From an uncultured bacterium (GTDB taxonomy: Bacteria; Planctomycetota; Phycisphaerae; UBA1845): DNA of 64,000 bases. The notes below the pieces were generated by a model. It was not told where the DNA came from. It searched no databases and saw nothing but the letters and a program-made list of their open reading frames with translations. The stretch lies in contig CBDUXT010000003.1 of assembly GCA_965371245.1 (NCBI GenBank), positions 65,745-129,744 on the forward strand, given 5' to 3'. Both the position numbers and the translations under genes were made by a program. Of this stretch, positions 42,476 through 52,249 are shown one piece after another (position 1 is the first letter of the stretch; the number at the start of each line of letters is the position of its first letter).

Positions 42476-44059
42476 ATGCGTCAACGAACCCGCTTGGTCT
42501 TCAATGCCTCGGTTAACGTGGGGTCGCGCGTGGTGGCCATCGCGACGCGGTTCGTCGTCGTGCCGTTCTCGATCGGTGTGCTGGGGCGGACGCATTACGG
42601 CGTGTGGGTGGTCATCGGGCAGATGCTGGGCTACGCCCGCATTCTCGAGATGGGCATCCGCGCCTCGGTCAGTCGGCAGGTGGCGATGCGCCTGGAACGA
42701 GGCGAACATGAGTCGCTTGGCCGCCACATCAACACGGCCGTCGCGCACTATTCGATCGCGGGCGTTCTGGTTGCCGCCGCGACGGTGGTCGTGAGCCTTT
42801 ACTTTCCCGGATGGTTCGACGTGGAGCCGAGGTTCCACATGGCCGCCAGAACCATGGTGCTGTGTGCCGGGTTCACATTCGCGCTTTCATTGCCGCAGTT
42901 CGCCTACGAGGGAATCCTGGTCGGGCTGCAACGCTTCGACATCATTGCCGGTACCAACATCGCCTCGGACCTGTTGCGAATGGCGCTGATTCTCCTGCTG
43001 CTTCAGCGCTTTGACGTGGGAGGGGGGATGATCGTTCTGGCCTTGGCCACCGGCGGTTGCGCGCTGATGACCGCCGTGTCGCGAACGTTCGCCGCCAAAC
43101 GGATCTACTCGCAAACACCCTTCACCCCATGGCGGGCCGACCGCACGCTGTGGGGGTCGATGGCCACCTATGGCTTCAACACGGTCGTGTATCTGATGGC
43201 GGCGATGGTCGCGGCCCAGCTCGCGCAGATTCTCATCGGTGTGTTGCTCTCGACCGCGGCCGCGACCGACTTCCGGGTGGCGATGGAGTTGATCCTCGCG
43301 GTCCACGCCTTCGTGACGGCCTGCGCGCTGGGCATCAGACCGGCCGCCAGCCGCTACGATGGGGCGAACGATGTTGCGACGCTTCGCCGCCTGATGAATC
43401 GCACCACGCGCTACGTCGGCTGTGTCACGCTTCTTGGCGTCATGGTGCTGACCGTCTTTATTGAACCAGTGCTTCGGCTCTGGCAGGGTGGCAACTATCC
43501 CGGTGAGGATGGGGCCGCCATGCTCTCGAAAATCGCCGTCGCCGGTCGCATCCTGTCGATCGGGTACGCCATGTTCTGGCTCTCCCTGCCGGCGTACAAC
43601 GTCGTCAACGGCATGGGGCGCCACCGGTTCCCGGCCGTCATCGCCGGCGCCGCGGGTGTCCTGGCGATGGGCCTGGTCGCGATCTTCGCGGCCAGCCCCG
43701 GCACCGACATCGCACGTGTGGCCTGGGGCGTCACCTTGCCGATGGTACCGGTCTGGGGGCTTGCGATCGTCTGGTATTGCTGCCGAGAGATCAACGAGCC
43801 CGTCGGGACGTTCCTGCGTGAAGGATTGCTGCCGCCGTGTTTGGCCTGCCTTCCCGCGATCGCGTTCGGCGTGGTGGTCAACCACCTTGCGCCGGCCACC
43901 GGATGGGCGCTGTTGATCGTCGAACTCGCCGGCTGCGGGCTGATGGCGGCGGCCGCGAGTTGGTGGATTGTACTGTTGGCGGATGACCGTCAGCACTTCG
44001 TGAGTCTGGCGTCCAACTGGCTCCGCCGTCGCAACGGCCGCGGGGATGGCGAGCGATAA
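42476..44059 (+). CDS. polysaccharide flippase (Wzx/MOP superfamily)
   Basis: ATG at 42476. 527 aa with ~12-14 TM helices. The N-terminus NASVNVGSRVVAIATRFVVVPFSIGVLGRTHYGVWVVI is typical of MOP flippases. Confidence 0.8.
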   Translation: MRQRTRLVFNASVNVGSRVVAIATRFVVVPFSIGVLGRTHYGVWVVIGQMLGYARILEMGIRASVSRQVAMRLERGEHESLGRHINTAVAHYSIAGVLVAAATVVVSLYFPGWFDVEPRFHMAARTMVLCAGFTFALSLPQFAYEGILVGLQRFDIIAGTNIASDLLRMALILLLLQRFDVGGGMIVLALATGGCALMTAVSRTFAAKRIYSQTPFTPWRADRTLWGSMATYGFNTVVYLMAAMVAAQLAQILIGVLLSTAAATDFRVAMELILAVHAFVTACALGIRPAASRYDGANDVATLRRLMNRTTRYVGCVTLLGVMVLTVFIEPVLRLWQGGNYPGEDGAAMLSKIAVAGRILSIGYAMFWLSLPAYNVVNGMGRHRFPAVIAGAAGVLAMGLVAIFAASPGTDIARVAWGVTLPMVPVWGLAIVWYCCREINEPVGTFLREGLLPPCLACLPAIAFGVVVNHLAPATGWALLIVELAGCGLMAAAASWWIVLLADDRQHFVSLASNWLRRRNGRGDGER

Positions 44060-44062
44060 TCC

Positions 44063-45322
44063 ATGTTCAACCCTCGCGGGTTGGCGACCGATACGAGCAA
44101 GATCGTGCTGGATCTCGATGTCGAAACGCTGAACCTTCACCACGTGGTGTTCGCTCAGAGCGCCGCCGTCCGTCGAGATGGGCGCACCTGGGTCACGGGG
44201 TTTCAAGACACGAACTTTCGTGCCTACGGACAGCTTGTCCCCGGAACGGTCGTGGTCCTCCCGGAAGACACCGCCCTGGACCCAAGCATCACGGTTCCGC
44301 TGGACGAGAACGTCACCGCCGCCCTGCTGACCGGGTTCTCCAGCTACGGGTTCTGCCGCCGAGCGCTGTTGTACGGCCGCGTTCGTTCGACGATCCGGCG
44401 GCTCGTCGAGCGCGCTTCCTTCATTCAGATCCAGTTTCCCGGATCGTTCGGATTTGTGGCCGCTTCCTTTGCCGTGGCGATGAACAAGCCGCTGTATGTG
44501 TACATGCACGGCTCGCTTCAGGATCCACCGGGTACCGTCACGCCCGGCACCTTTCGCACGCGAATCGCCCGGGCGCTGTACTACCAGCGCGCGACGCGGC
44601 GACTGGCGAGGCACGCGCGGTTGCTCCTCTCTGTCAGCTCTCACTTGCACGAAACCTTCCCGCCGTGCGACGCCCCCAAGATTGTTGCTCCCAACAGCCG
44701 GATCAACGAGGCCGACATCCACCACCGCAACACGGCCTGCACAGGCCCGCTACTCAGGCTCTTTGTCGCCACCCGCATGATCGAATCGAAGGGAATCCAT
44801 TATCTGATTCGCGCGGTCAAGCGGCTCGTCGATGGGTCGCGCGACGTTCACCTGCGTGTGGCCGGCGTCGGCGACTACCTTCCGGCGCTACGAAGACTCA
44901 CCGAGGAGCTTGGCCTCAAGGCACGGGTCACGTTCCTGGGGGGCGTGGCAACGAGCGAGTCGTTGTGGAAACTCTACCGCGAGGCGGACATTGTCGTGCT
45001 GCCATCGCTGGGGCACTACGAAGGAACCCCGCGTATGATTATGGAGGCGTGGGCCGCCGGGGCGCCGGTGATCGCCACGACCGTGGGCGGAATCCCCGCA
45101 ATGATGAACCACGAGGAAGACGGGCTGCTGATTTCCCCCGCGGACGAGGCGGCCATCGCGTCGGCGATCGAGCGCATCTGCGACAACGCGGACCTGCGCG
45201 AGACGCTGGTGTCGGGCGCCTACCAGCGCATTTCGGCCATGACGTTCGAGCGGCGCGTGTCGATCCTCCGACGCGCGTTCGCCGATCACCTTCCCGGATT
45301 GCTTCCGGAGTGCGCCGCATGA
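44063..45322 (+). CDS. glycosyltransferase family 4 (atypical N-terminal domain)
   Basis: The C-terminal GT1 core reads VVLPSLGHYEGTPRMIMEAWAAGAPVIATTVGGIPAMMNHEEDGLLI. The first ~130 aa do not resemble a standard GT4 N-domain. Confidence 0.8.
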   Translation: MFNPRGLATDTSKIVLDLDVETLNLHHVVFAQSAAVRRDGRTWVTGFQDTNFRAYGQLVPGTVVVLPEDTALDPSITVPLDENVTAALLTGFSSYGFCRRALLYGRVRSTIRRLVERASFIQIQFPGSFGFVAASFAVAMNKPLYVYMHGSLQDPPGTVTPGTFRTRIARALYYQRATRRLARHARLLLSVSSHLHETFPPCDAPKIVAPNSRINEADIHHRNTACTGPLLRLFVATRMIESKGIHYLIRAVKRLVDGSRDVHLRVAGVGDYLPALRRLTEELGLKARVTFLGGVATSESLWKLYREADIVVLPSLGHYEGTPRMIMEAWAAGAPVIATTVGGIPAMMNHEEDGLLISPADEAAIASAIERICDNADLRETLVSGAYQRISAMTFERRVSILRRAFADHLPGLLPECAA

Positions 45323-46203
45323 CCCGGGTTATCACGCGGAACTCGCAGTTGCCCCCGCTGCCGCGCCGTCTTCGCAACAAGTGCAGACGGGTATGGTCGG
45401 CGCTGCGGCTCGCCCGACGCAAGGCGCGGTACCGCCGCCGGGACGAACCGGTTGAGACGACGCGGGCTGCGTTCATCGTCGGATGCCAGAGGTCCGGCAC
45501 CACGATGGCGCTGTTCATGTTGAACGAGTCGCTCGACGTGGACGTCTTGAACGAGTCGGACGCACGAGCCTTCGTCGAGTGTCGCATTAAAGACATCGAG
45601 ACGCGGCGGCGCCTGCTCGATCGCAGCACGGCAAGCTGCCTGATCTTCAAGCCGGTGTGCGAGTCGCACCGGCTTGACGACCTGTTGCGTGAGCACCCGG
45701 GCTCGCGCGGCATCTGGATGTATCGTGATTACGCCGACGTCGCCAACTCGGCCGTCACCCTTTGGGGCGACACCACCAAGCGGTACATGTTGGATCTATT
45801 CAAGGGTGGCGGCGACTGGGGCGGGTATCAGTGGAACCGGGAGCGTATTAACGACGAATGTCTGGACGAACTGCGCGCCGCCGCCCCTGATGATCCCACG
45901 CCACACGAAGCGGCCGCACTGTTTTGGTACATGCGAAACCGGACGCTTTTCGAGCAGCCGCTTCTGCACCGACCGGACGTGCTCATCATGCGCTACGAGC
46001 CGTTGGTCGGCGACGCGGACGAAGGCTTTCGTCGGCTGTGCGCGTTCCTGGACGTGGGCTTTTCTCCACGTATGGTACGGCGCGTGTCGAAGGCGTCGGT
46101 CGGGCGGAAGAACCGACCCGCGCTGTGCGATTCCATCGAGGATCTCTGCCGTGGAATGCTCGAACGGCTCGATGCGGCCTGCGCGGACCAGGACCGGGAA
46201 TGA
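45319..46203 (+). CDS. sulfotransferase family protein
   Basis: ATG overlaps the upstream stop (ATGA, 45319-45322). The PAPS 5'-phosphosulfate-binding-like P-loop is FIVGCQRSGTTM. A later RYEPLV segment is consistent with the 3'-phosphate-binding region. Confidence 0.75.
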   Translation: MTRVITRNSQLPPLPRRLRNKCRRVWSALRLARRKARYRRRDEPVETTRAAFIVGCQRSGTTMALFMLNESLDVDVLNESDARAFVECRIKDIETRRRLLDRSTASCLIFKPVCESHRLDDLLREHPGSRGIWMYRDYADVANSAVTLWGDTTKRYMLDLFKGGGDWGGYQWNRERINDECLDELRAAAPDDPTPHEAAALFWYMRNRTLFEQPLLHRPDVLIMRYEPLVGDADEGFRRLCAFLDVGFSPRMVRRVSKASVGRKNRPALCDSIEDLCRGMLERLDAACADQDRE

Positions 46204-47498
46204 CACGGGCTCTGCAGGCGGTCGGCGACGCAAGCGGAGCCCTGGCACCGGAAACACACGGATGCACTCAAACCTTGCGAACCTTGCATAGCAAAGAACC
46301 ACCAACCGTCGTGGCCGCGGACATCTACCCCGACCTGTACGGCGCGCAGCGGTGTCTTCTCTCCCTATATTCGCGCTGGCACGAGGAAGGTCGCTTTCGC
46401 CTGCACCTGATCTACTTCGTGGAGGGGGCGCTGAGCGAAGCCTTCCGATCGGCCGGGATCCCGGTCACCCGGCTCGACCCCGGTCCGCTGCTCGCTTCGT
46501 TCGACAAACGACTCCTCACGTTGCGGGCTCGGGACTATGCCAGGCTGGCGCTACACATGTGCAAGTTCAACCGCACCCTCAAGCGCACGTTGCTCGCACT
46601 GGGCGCTGATCTCTTCCATGCCAACACCGATCGCGTGGGCATGATGAGTTTTCCCGGCGCACACGCCGCCCGATGCCCGCTGGTAACCCACCTGCGCCGC
46701 GACCGCTCGTTCGGCTGGCGTGACCGCGTGCTTTATGCAGGCAGCACACAGATCGCGTGGGTCTCGCGCCGCGTCCGCGACGACTTCGCCGACGCACAAG
46801 GAATCGCCCATGCGAAGGGCCGCGTGATCTATGACGGACGCGCGCTGGCCGACCGCAACGCCGCCGACACGACTGCGGAGGTTCTAGCGGAGCTGGGTCT
46901 ACCGAAAAATGCCAAGGTGGCACTGGTTGTGGCCGCCTTTGACGAGGCCAAGGATCACGAAATGCTCATCCGCGCCGCTCGAATCGCCTGCCGCGCGGAG
47001 CCGAAGCTGTATGTCCTGCTGGCCGGCTCGGACTTTTCGCCGAACGAGCGAAGGCTCACCAAAATCCGCAGCCTGGCGCAGGCCGCCGGGCTCAGCGACC
47101 GAGTACTCTTTCTCGGACATCGCACCGATGTGGGTCGCCTGATGCGCGGGGCCGACGTCCTGCTGAGTTCTTCAAAACACGAAGCCCTCGGAGGCGCCAT
47201 GATCGAGGCCATCGGATACGGTCTACCCTGCGTGGCCACCGACACCGGGGGCACCGCGGAGATCGTCCCCGACGGGCGGTGCGGCTACCTCGTTCCACGG
47301 TACGACCACGAGGGCTTGGCGCGTCGAACGATCGACCTACTGCAGGACGCCGAAGCCCGTCAGACGTTCTCGGTCAACGCCCAGGCCCACTTTGACGCCC
47401 ACTTCACCATGGACCGTTGCGCCGAGGAGACGGCCCGTTACTTCGAGGCGATCATCTCGAACGTTGACGAACAAGGCTCCGAGCGCGAGACGACATAG
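46200..47498 (+). CDS. glycosyltransferase family 4
   Basis: ATG overlaps the upstream stop (ATGA, 46200-46203). GT1 core: LLSSSKHEALGGAMIEAIGYGLPCVATDTGGTAEIVPDGRCGYLV. Confidence 0.85.
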   Translation: MTRALQAVGDASGALAPETHGCTQTLRTLHSKEPPTVVAADIYPDLYGAQRCLLSLYSRWHEEGRFRLHLIYFVEGALSEAFRSAGIPVTRLDPGPLLASFDKRLLTLRARDYARLALHMCKFNRTLKRTLLALGADLFHANTDRVGMMSFPGAHAARCPLVTHLRRDRSFGWRDRVLYAGSTQIAWVSRRVRDDFADAQGIAHAKGRVIYDGRALADRNAADTTAEVLAELGLPKNAKVALVVAAFDEAKDHEMLIRAARIACRAEPKLYVLLAGSDFSPNERRLTKIRSLAQAAGLSDRVLFLGHRTDVGRLMRGADVLLSSSKHEALGGAMIEAIGYGLPCVATDTGGTAEIVPDGRCGYLVPRYDHEGLARRTIDLLQDAEARQTFSVNAQAHFDAHFTMDRCAEETARYFEAIISNVDEQGSERETT

Positions 47499-47525
47499 TG
47501 CTTCGACACAGCTCAACCAGTGGGT

Positions 47526-47606
47526 TGGGTGGCCCATGGCTTTAGCCGTGGGGGACGCGAATCCGGTGACCATTCGAGTCCCCCACCTCTGAAGAGGCGG
47601 GCCACC
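47526..47606 (+). repeat. R2 81-nt structured repeat, copy 2
   Basis: GGGTGGCCCATGGCTTTAGCCGTGGGGGACGCGAATCCGGTGACCATTCGAGTCCCCCACCTCTGAAGAGGCGGGCCACCC, lying between the GT4 stop and the asnB start. Confidence 0.8.
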
Positions 47607-47701
47607 CGTCATCGACCAACCGTAGGTCGGGGCATCGACCCGGCAGGCCGAGGACCACGCGCGAACCTGGAACGTAGTATCCGTCACGGACGACAAACAT
47701 C

Positions 47702-49618
47702 ATGTGTGGCATTGCCGGAATCTGGGGAAACGCGAGCAACGAGCGCCTGACGCGCATGGCCGACGCTCTGCGCCATCGCGGACCCGACGATGACGGTTTC
47801 TGGACCCACCCCACGGCCGGCATCGGCTTTGCCCATCGGCGGCTCTCGATCATCGACCTTCCCGGCGGTCGCCAGCCGATCGCCAACGAAGATGGCCGGA
47901 TCGTCACGATCTTCAACGGCGAGATCTACAACTACCAAGAGCTTCGCGCCGAACTGATCGGCCGGGGGCACATCTTCACCACCCAAACCGATACCGAGGT
48001 CATCGTTCATCTCTACGAGGAGTTGGGCGAGGGTTTCGTTGCACGGCTGCGCGGGATGTTCGCCATCGCCCTGTGGGACGACACCACGCAACAGCTCCTC
48101 CTCGTGCGCGATCGAGTGGGCAAGAAGCCGCTGTACTTCTCCGACGGCGGCGGTGAGTTCGTCTTCGCCTCGGAGATAGGCGGCGTCCGCGCGGGGATCG
48201 ATGTGGCGCTCTCGATCGACTGCCAGGCGCTGGCGGATTATCTCGCGTGGAGCGCCGTTCCCGCGCCGGCGACGATCTATCGGGAGATGCGCGCGGTGGA
48301 ACCCGGTCAGCTCATGGTCGTTCGCGACCGGCATATCGCCGGCCGCACGCAGTATTGGCGCCAGGAGCTGTTGCCGAAGGTCGAACTGTCGAAGTACGAG
48401 GCCGTCGAACGGCTGGATCAGACGTTGCGGGAATCGGTCAAGCTGCGCCTCCGGTCCGATGTGCCCGTCGGGTGCTTCCTCTCGGGCGGCATCGACAGCG
48501 GCCTGGTGACCGCGATGGCCGCCCAACTCGCCGGTCGGCGGCTGACCACCATCACCATCGGCTTCGAGGACGACGCATTCGACGAACGCCCGCTGGCCCG
48601 GATGGTCGCGGAGCAGTACGACACCGATCACCATGAGGTGTTGATTCGACCCGACGTGGCGCTTGACCTTCCGCGGATCGCCGCCGCGTACGGTCAGCCG
48701 TTCGGTGACAGCTCCGCCATCCCTTCGTTTTACGTCGCGGAGGCCGCGCGGCGGCATGTGAAGGTTGTGCTCAACGGCGACGGTGCCGACGAACTGTTCG
48801 CGGGGTATCGCAAGTTTGTAGGCGCCTTCTTGACCGGGCAGCTCGCCGGAACGGGCGGATCGTCCCGTGGCGCATGCTGGCGGGCAGTGGCACAGCGGCT
48901 CCCAGCGCCACGCGGATATCGTTCTCCCTATGCGTTCGCGCACCGATTGGTTCGGGGCATGGCGCTCGATCCGTTGCCGCGCTACATGACCTGGTCGATC
49001 GATGGGTTCGATGCGTCTGCGCTTCACGCGCTGGGCGGGTCGGCCGCCGGTGGGGACGGCTCCTTTCTTGACGGCGTGGAAGACAGCGCGCGACTCGCCC
49101 GCCCCACGCTCGACGGTCCGACCGGTACCGGCTGGATCGACCGGATGCTCGCGACCGACTTCGCCACGATCCTGCCGAATGACCTACTCGTGAAGATCGA
49201 CATCGCCACCATGGCGCACGGTCTGGAAGCGCGCTCTCCGTTCCTGGATCACGTCCTGGTTGACACGGTCGCCCGTCTTCCGGAGCGACTGAAGCTAAGC
49301 GGCATGCGGACCAAGCCGCTCCTCCGCGAGCTGAGCCGTCGCTATCTCCCAACGCCAATTTCGACGGCCCCGAAGCGCGGCTTCGAGGTTCCGCTGGTGC
49401 GCTGGCTACGTGGCGAGCTGCGCGAGCTTGCCGAGGACGTGCTACTTTCGCGGGATGGATTGCTGCATGAGATGTTCGATCGGGCCGCACTGGAGCGCCT
49501 ACTGCGAGAAGGCGACGGCCTCGACCCGGCGCGATGGAGCCGGCGCATCTGGTTGCTCTTGATGCTGGGGATGTGGGATATCGTCGTGCATCGCGGACAG
49601 ACGCCTCCGCGCCGGTGA
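47702..49618 (+). CDS. asnB: asparagine synthase (glutamine-hydrolysing) family amidotransferase
   Basis: N-terminal nucleophile MCGIAG, then HRGPDD, FNGEIYNY, the PP-loop SGGIDSG, and LPNDLLVKIDIATMAHGLEARSPFLD. Confidence 0.92.
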   Translation: MCGIAGIWGNASNERLTRMADALRHRGPDDDGFWTHPTAGIGFAHRRLSIIDLPGGRQPIANEDGRIVTIFNGEIYNYQELRAELIGRGHIFTTQTDTEVIVHLYEELGEGFVARLRGMFAIALWDDTTQQLLLVRDRVGKKPLYFSDGGGEFVFASEIGGVRAGIDVALSIDCQALADYLAWSAVPAPATIYREMRAVEPGQLMVVRDRHIAGRTQYWRQELLPKVELSKYEAVERLDQTLRESVKLRLRSDVPVGCFLSGGIDSGLVTAMAAQLAGRRLTTITIGFEDDAFDERPLARMVAEQYDTDHHEVLIRPDVALDLPRIAAAYGQPFGDSSAIPSFYVAEAARRHVKVVLNGDGADELFAGYRKFVGAFLTGQLAGTGGSSRGACWRAVAQRLPAPRGYRSPYAFAHRLVRGMALDPLPRYMTWSIDGFDASALHALGGSAAGGDGSFLDGVEDSARLARPTLDGPTGTGWIDRMLATDFATILPNDLLVKIDIATMAHGLEARSPFLDHVLVDTVARLPERLKLSGMRTKPLLRELSRRYLPTPISTAPKRGFEVPLVRWLRGELRELAEDVLLSRDGLLHEMFDRAALERLLREGDGLDPARWSRRIWLLLMLGMWDIVVHRGQTPPRR

Positions 49619-49782
49619 AACGTCCGACGCGCCGCTCATGTGCCCTTGAGTCACGTCCGATATCTACAGTGGAACAACCCGGCTCGGGAACTGCGCGGGG
49701 GGCGACCCCTCACCCGGCAAGCCTGGCGCCGTGTTTTGCAAACTCCGCGCGATCTGAGCCGCATGCTTTTGCTTGCGCGGAC

Positions 49783-49811
49783 GTCCGCGCGGGCTGAAGC
49801 CCGCGGCTCGG
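49783..49811 (-). repeat. R3 REP-like hairpin, copy 3
   Basis: GTCCGCGCGGGCTGAAGCCCGCGGCTCGG. Confidence 0.8.
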
Positions 49812-49902
49812 GAGGTGATGCACAGTCGTGTTCCTTGAAAGACGCGGCACTGGCTTCGTGTCGGACCGACGCCTCGATCTGATGGAATGAGCCGAAGACC
49901 AA

Positions 49903-50811
49903 ATGACCGAACCCATGACCAACGCGCTGAGCATCGACCTTGAGGATTGGCCTCAGAGCGTGCTCGATCCCTCGCTTCCGATCACCGGCTGCGTGGTGCG
50001 CAACACGGAGCGTGTGTTGGCGCTGCTCCAGCGTCATCGGGTTCGCGCGACGTTCTTCGCGCTGGGCAAGCCGTGCGAGGCGCATCCCAAGCTCCTGGCG
50101 AGCGTGGCGGGCGAGGGGCACGAAATCGCCACGCATGGGTGGGGACACGAGCTGCTGTTCAACATGACGCCGCAGCGCTTCCGAGTCGATCTTCAGCGCA
50201 GCATCGACGTCATCCAAAGCCAGGTGGGTATGCGCCCGATCGGATACCGCGCGCCGGCCTTTTCTATCACGAATGCGACTCGCTGGGCCGGACCGATCCT
50301 GGCGGAGTTGGGCATCCGGTACAGCTCCAGCATCTTTCCCATCGCCGGGCGCCGGTACGGAATCCCCAGCGCGCCGCGCTTCCCCCATCGCTGGCCAACC
50401 TGCAACCTGATCGAGTTTCCTCTGACCACGATCCGACGCTTTGGCCGAAACCTCCCAGTGGCCGGCGGCGGGTACTTCCGATTACTGCCCAAGGCCATCC
50501 TCTCCGGGGCGATCCGGGAAGTGAACCGAGAGGGTCAACCGGCCGTGGTCTACCTGCACCCCTACGAGTTCGCCTCGGGCGAGCTTTCGACCTTACAAAA
50601 ACGCGGCCTTCCGCTCGGGTTGCGAACCTATCTGGGTCAATCTCTGTTCCGGGGGCTGGTTCCCGGGCGGCTCCACGCGCTGCTTTCAGAGTTCCCGTTC
50701 GCGCCGCTGGCCGACGTGCTTCGACTGAACTCCGCCGGCGTCGCGCTGCCCGCTCGCACGCATGAGCCAACACCGAGCCGGCACGGGCTTGTACTGAAAG
50801 CGGCCGGATGA
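49903..50811 (+). CDS. polysaccharide deacetylase (DUF3473-containing, PEP-CTERM/exosortase-locus type)
   Basis: LSIDLEDW, ATFFALG, GHEIATHGWGH and IGYRAPAFSI, followed by a C-terminal GGGYFRLLP region typical of DUF3473. Coordinates are taken from the ORF track. Confidence 0.88.
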   Translation: MTEPMTNALSIDLEDWPQSVLDPSLPITGCVVRNTERVLALLQRHRVRATFFALGKPCEAHPKLLASVAGEGHEIATHGWGHELLFNMTPQRFRVDLQRSIDVIQSQVGMRPIGYRAPAFSITNATRWAGPILAELGIRYSSSIFPIAGRRYGIPSAPRFPHRWPTCNLIEFPLTTIRRFGRNLPVAGGGYFRLLPKAILSGAIREVNREGQPAVVYLHPYEFASGELSTLQKRGLPLGLRTYLGQSLFRGLVPGRLHALLSEFPFAPLADVLRLNSAGVALPARTHEPTPSRHGLVLKAAG

Positions 50812-51962
50812 GCACCGACCGCCCCATTCGCGTTCTTCATGTCACGCGCATTCCGCGAACGGTTACGACCTTTCTGTTCCCACTGCTCGAGGCGCATCGC
50901 CAGCGCGGCGACCAGGTCAGTGTGGCCTGCACCGATGCGCCGGAGGCGGCAGAAATCGAGGCTGCGGGATTCCCGGTCCACCGCTTCAGCCTAACCCGCA
51001 GTCTGTCGCCGCTGAACCTGAGCCGAGCCGTGTGGCAGCTTCGGCGAATCGTGCGGCGCGAGCGCATCGACTGGGTCTTCGCCCACACGCCGATAGCCAG
51101 CGGTGCCGCGCGGGTAGCAGCGCTGATCGGCCGTGCCCGCGGGACGGTCTACATGGCGCACGGGTTGCCTTGCGCGCCGCAGATGCCCAAGTCGGCCTGG
51201 CTCGTCTGGTACACGATGGAGCGCCTCTTAAGCCTCGTCACGCGCGGCATCATCACCATGAACCGCTACGACTACGGTCTCGCCCGACGCAGGCTGCTTC
51301 GGCGCTCGCCGGACCGAGTCTTCCAGGTCAACGGCGTCGGCGTGGATGCGGACGCACTCGATCGGCTGTGCGGCAAGACGGACGCGGCCGCGGTCAAACA
51401 AGAGCTGGGCAGCCCGGTCGATGCCCCGATGCTGTTGCTCCTGGCACGCACGGTGGCAAACAAGGGGATTCGCGAGTACCTGGAGGCCGCCCGGCAACTG
51501 GTCGAGGCGGGAACCTCGGCGCGGTTCGTACTGGCCGGCGTGGGTCCGCTCGATGCCGAGATCGCGGCGTACATTCAGCGGCATCGTCTTGAAAAGAACG
51601 TGATGTTCTTGGGCTGGCGAAACGACGCCCACCGCCTGATGGCGGCCTGCGACATCTACGTCCTTCCCACCTATTACCCCGAGGGGCTTCCCGTGTCGGT
51701 GCTCGAGGCGATGGGCTGCGGCAAGCCGGTGGTGGCCACGCAGCACCGCGGATGCGAGGACGAGGTTGTCGATGGCGTCACCGGCCTGCTCATCCCGGTG
51801 CGCGATTCCACCGCGCTCGCAGGCGCGATCAAGCGGTTGCTCGACGACCCGAGCGAGGCCAAACGGCTGGGCGAGGCCGGGCGCCGCAGAATCGACGAGC
51901 ACTACCGCATCGAGCAGACCACAGCGGCCACCCTCGCGGCGTTCGATCGGATCATCGCGTAA
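50808..51962 (+). CDS. glycosyltransferase family 4
   Basis: ATG overlaps the upstream stop (ATGA, 50808-50811). GT1 core: YVLPTYYPEGLPVSVLEAMGCGKPVVATQHRGCEDEVVDGVTGLLI. Confidence 0.88.
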   Translation: MSTDRPIRVLHVTRIPRTVTTFLFPLLEAHRQRGDQVSVACTDAPEAAEIEAAGFPVHRFSLTRSLSPLNLSRAVWQLRRIVRRERIDWVFAHTPIASGAARVAALIGRARGTVYMAHGLPCAPQMPKSAWLVWYTMERLLSLVTRGIITMNRYDYGLARRRLLRRSPDRVFQVNGVGVDADALDRLCGKTDAAAVKQELGSPVDAPMLLLLARTVANKGIREYLEAARQLVEAGTSARFVLAGVGPLDAEIAAYIQRHRLEKNVMFLGWRNDAHRLMAACDIYVLPTYYPEGLPVSVLEAMGCGKPVVATQHRGCEDEVVDGVTGLLIPVRDSTALAGAIKRLLDDPSEAKRLGEAGRRRIDEHYRIEQTTAATLAAFDRIIA

Positions 51963-52045
51963 AGGAAGCGACTTGCGGGCGCGGCTTCGATGACTCATTG
52001 CTTCATCTATGTCGAAGCACCTGAGCAACGGCGGAACGCCCCTCG

Positions 52046-52103
52046 TAGGGCGGGCTATTGCCCGCCTTCCGACCCCAAAAAAGGCGGGCAATCGCCCGCC
52101 CTA
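52046..52103. repeat. 58-nt palindrome (21-nt arms) between convergent genes
   Basis: TAGGGCGGGCTATTGCCCGCC (52046-52066), a 16-nt loop TTCCGACCCCAAAAAA, then GGCGGGCAATCGCCCGCCCTA (52083-52103), with 1 mismatch. Each arm is itself a GGCGGGC-N4-GCCCGCC hairpin. Confidence 0.75.
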
Positions 52104-52161
52104 CGGAATGCGATGGATCGCGAGAACCGAGCCGCGGGCGTCAAGCTCACGGCGAACCTGC

Positions 52162-52190
52162 GTCCGCGCGGGCTGAAGCCCGCGGCTCGG
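52162..52190 (-). repeat. R3 REP-like hairpin, copy 4
   Basis: GTCCGCGCGGGCTGAAGCCCGCGGCTCGG, identical to copy 3. Confidence 0.8.
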
Positions 52191-52249
52191 GTTGTCGTGG
52201 AAGTTGTAGGTCGGGTGATCGACCCGGCATCACTCTATGGACCGCCGCG

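Noticed and set aside
42887-44725. 612-aa minus ORF. The long antisense or alternative-frame ORFs at 40944-42371, 47684-49027, 52724-53992, 31235-32443, 8480-9664, 30099-31085 and 26893-27873 are treated the same way.
   Set aside because: Each lies opposite to, or out of frame with, a gene that has clear family motifs (flippase, Wzy-like ligase, AsnB, S9 peptidase, MoxR, NadB, DUF58, BatB). The translations are low-complexity and R/G/P/H/D-rich. They are high-GC artefacts.
44665-45318. N-terminal 218 codons of the 512-aa plus ORF 44665-46203.
   Set aside because: This part overlaps the GT4 gene 44063-45322 in another frame. The sulfotransferase-like sequence only begins at the ATG at 45319, which forms an ATGA overlap with the GT4 stop. 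The same logic applies to 45924-46199 upstream of the GT4 start at 46200.
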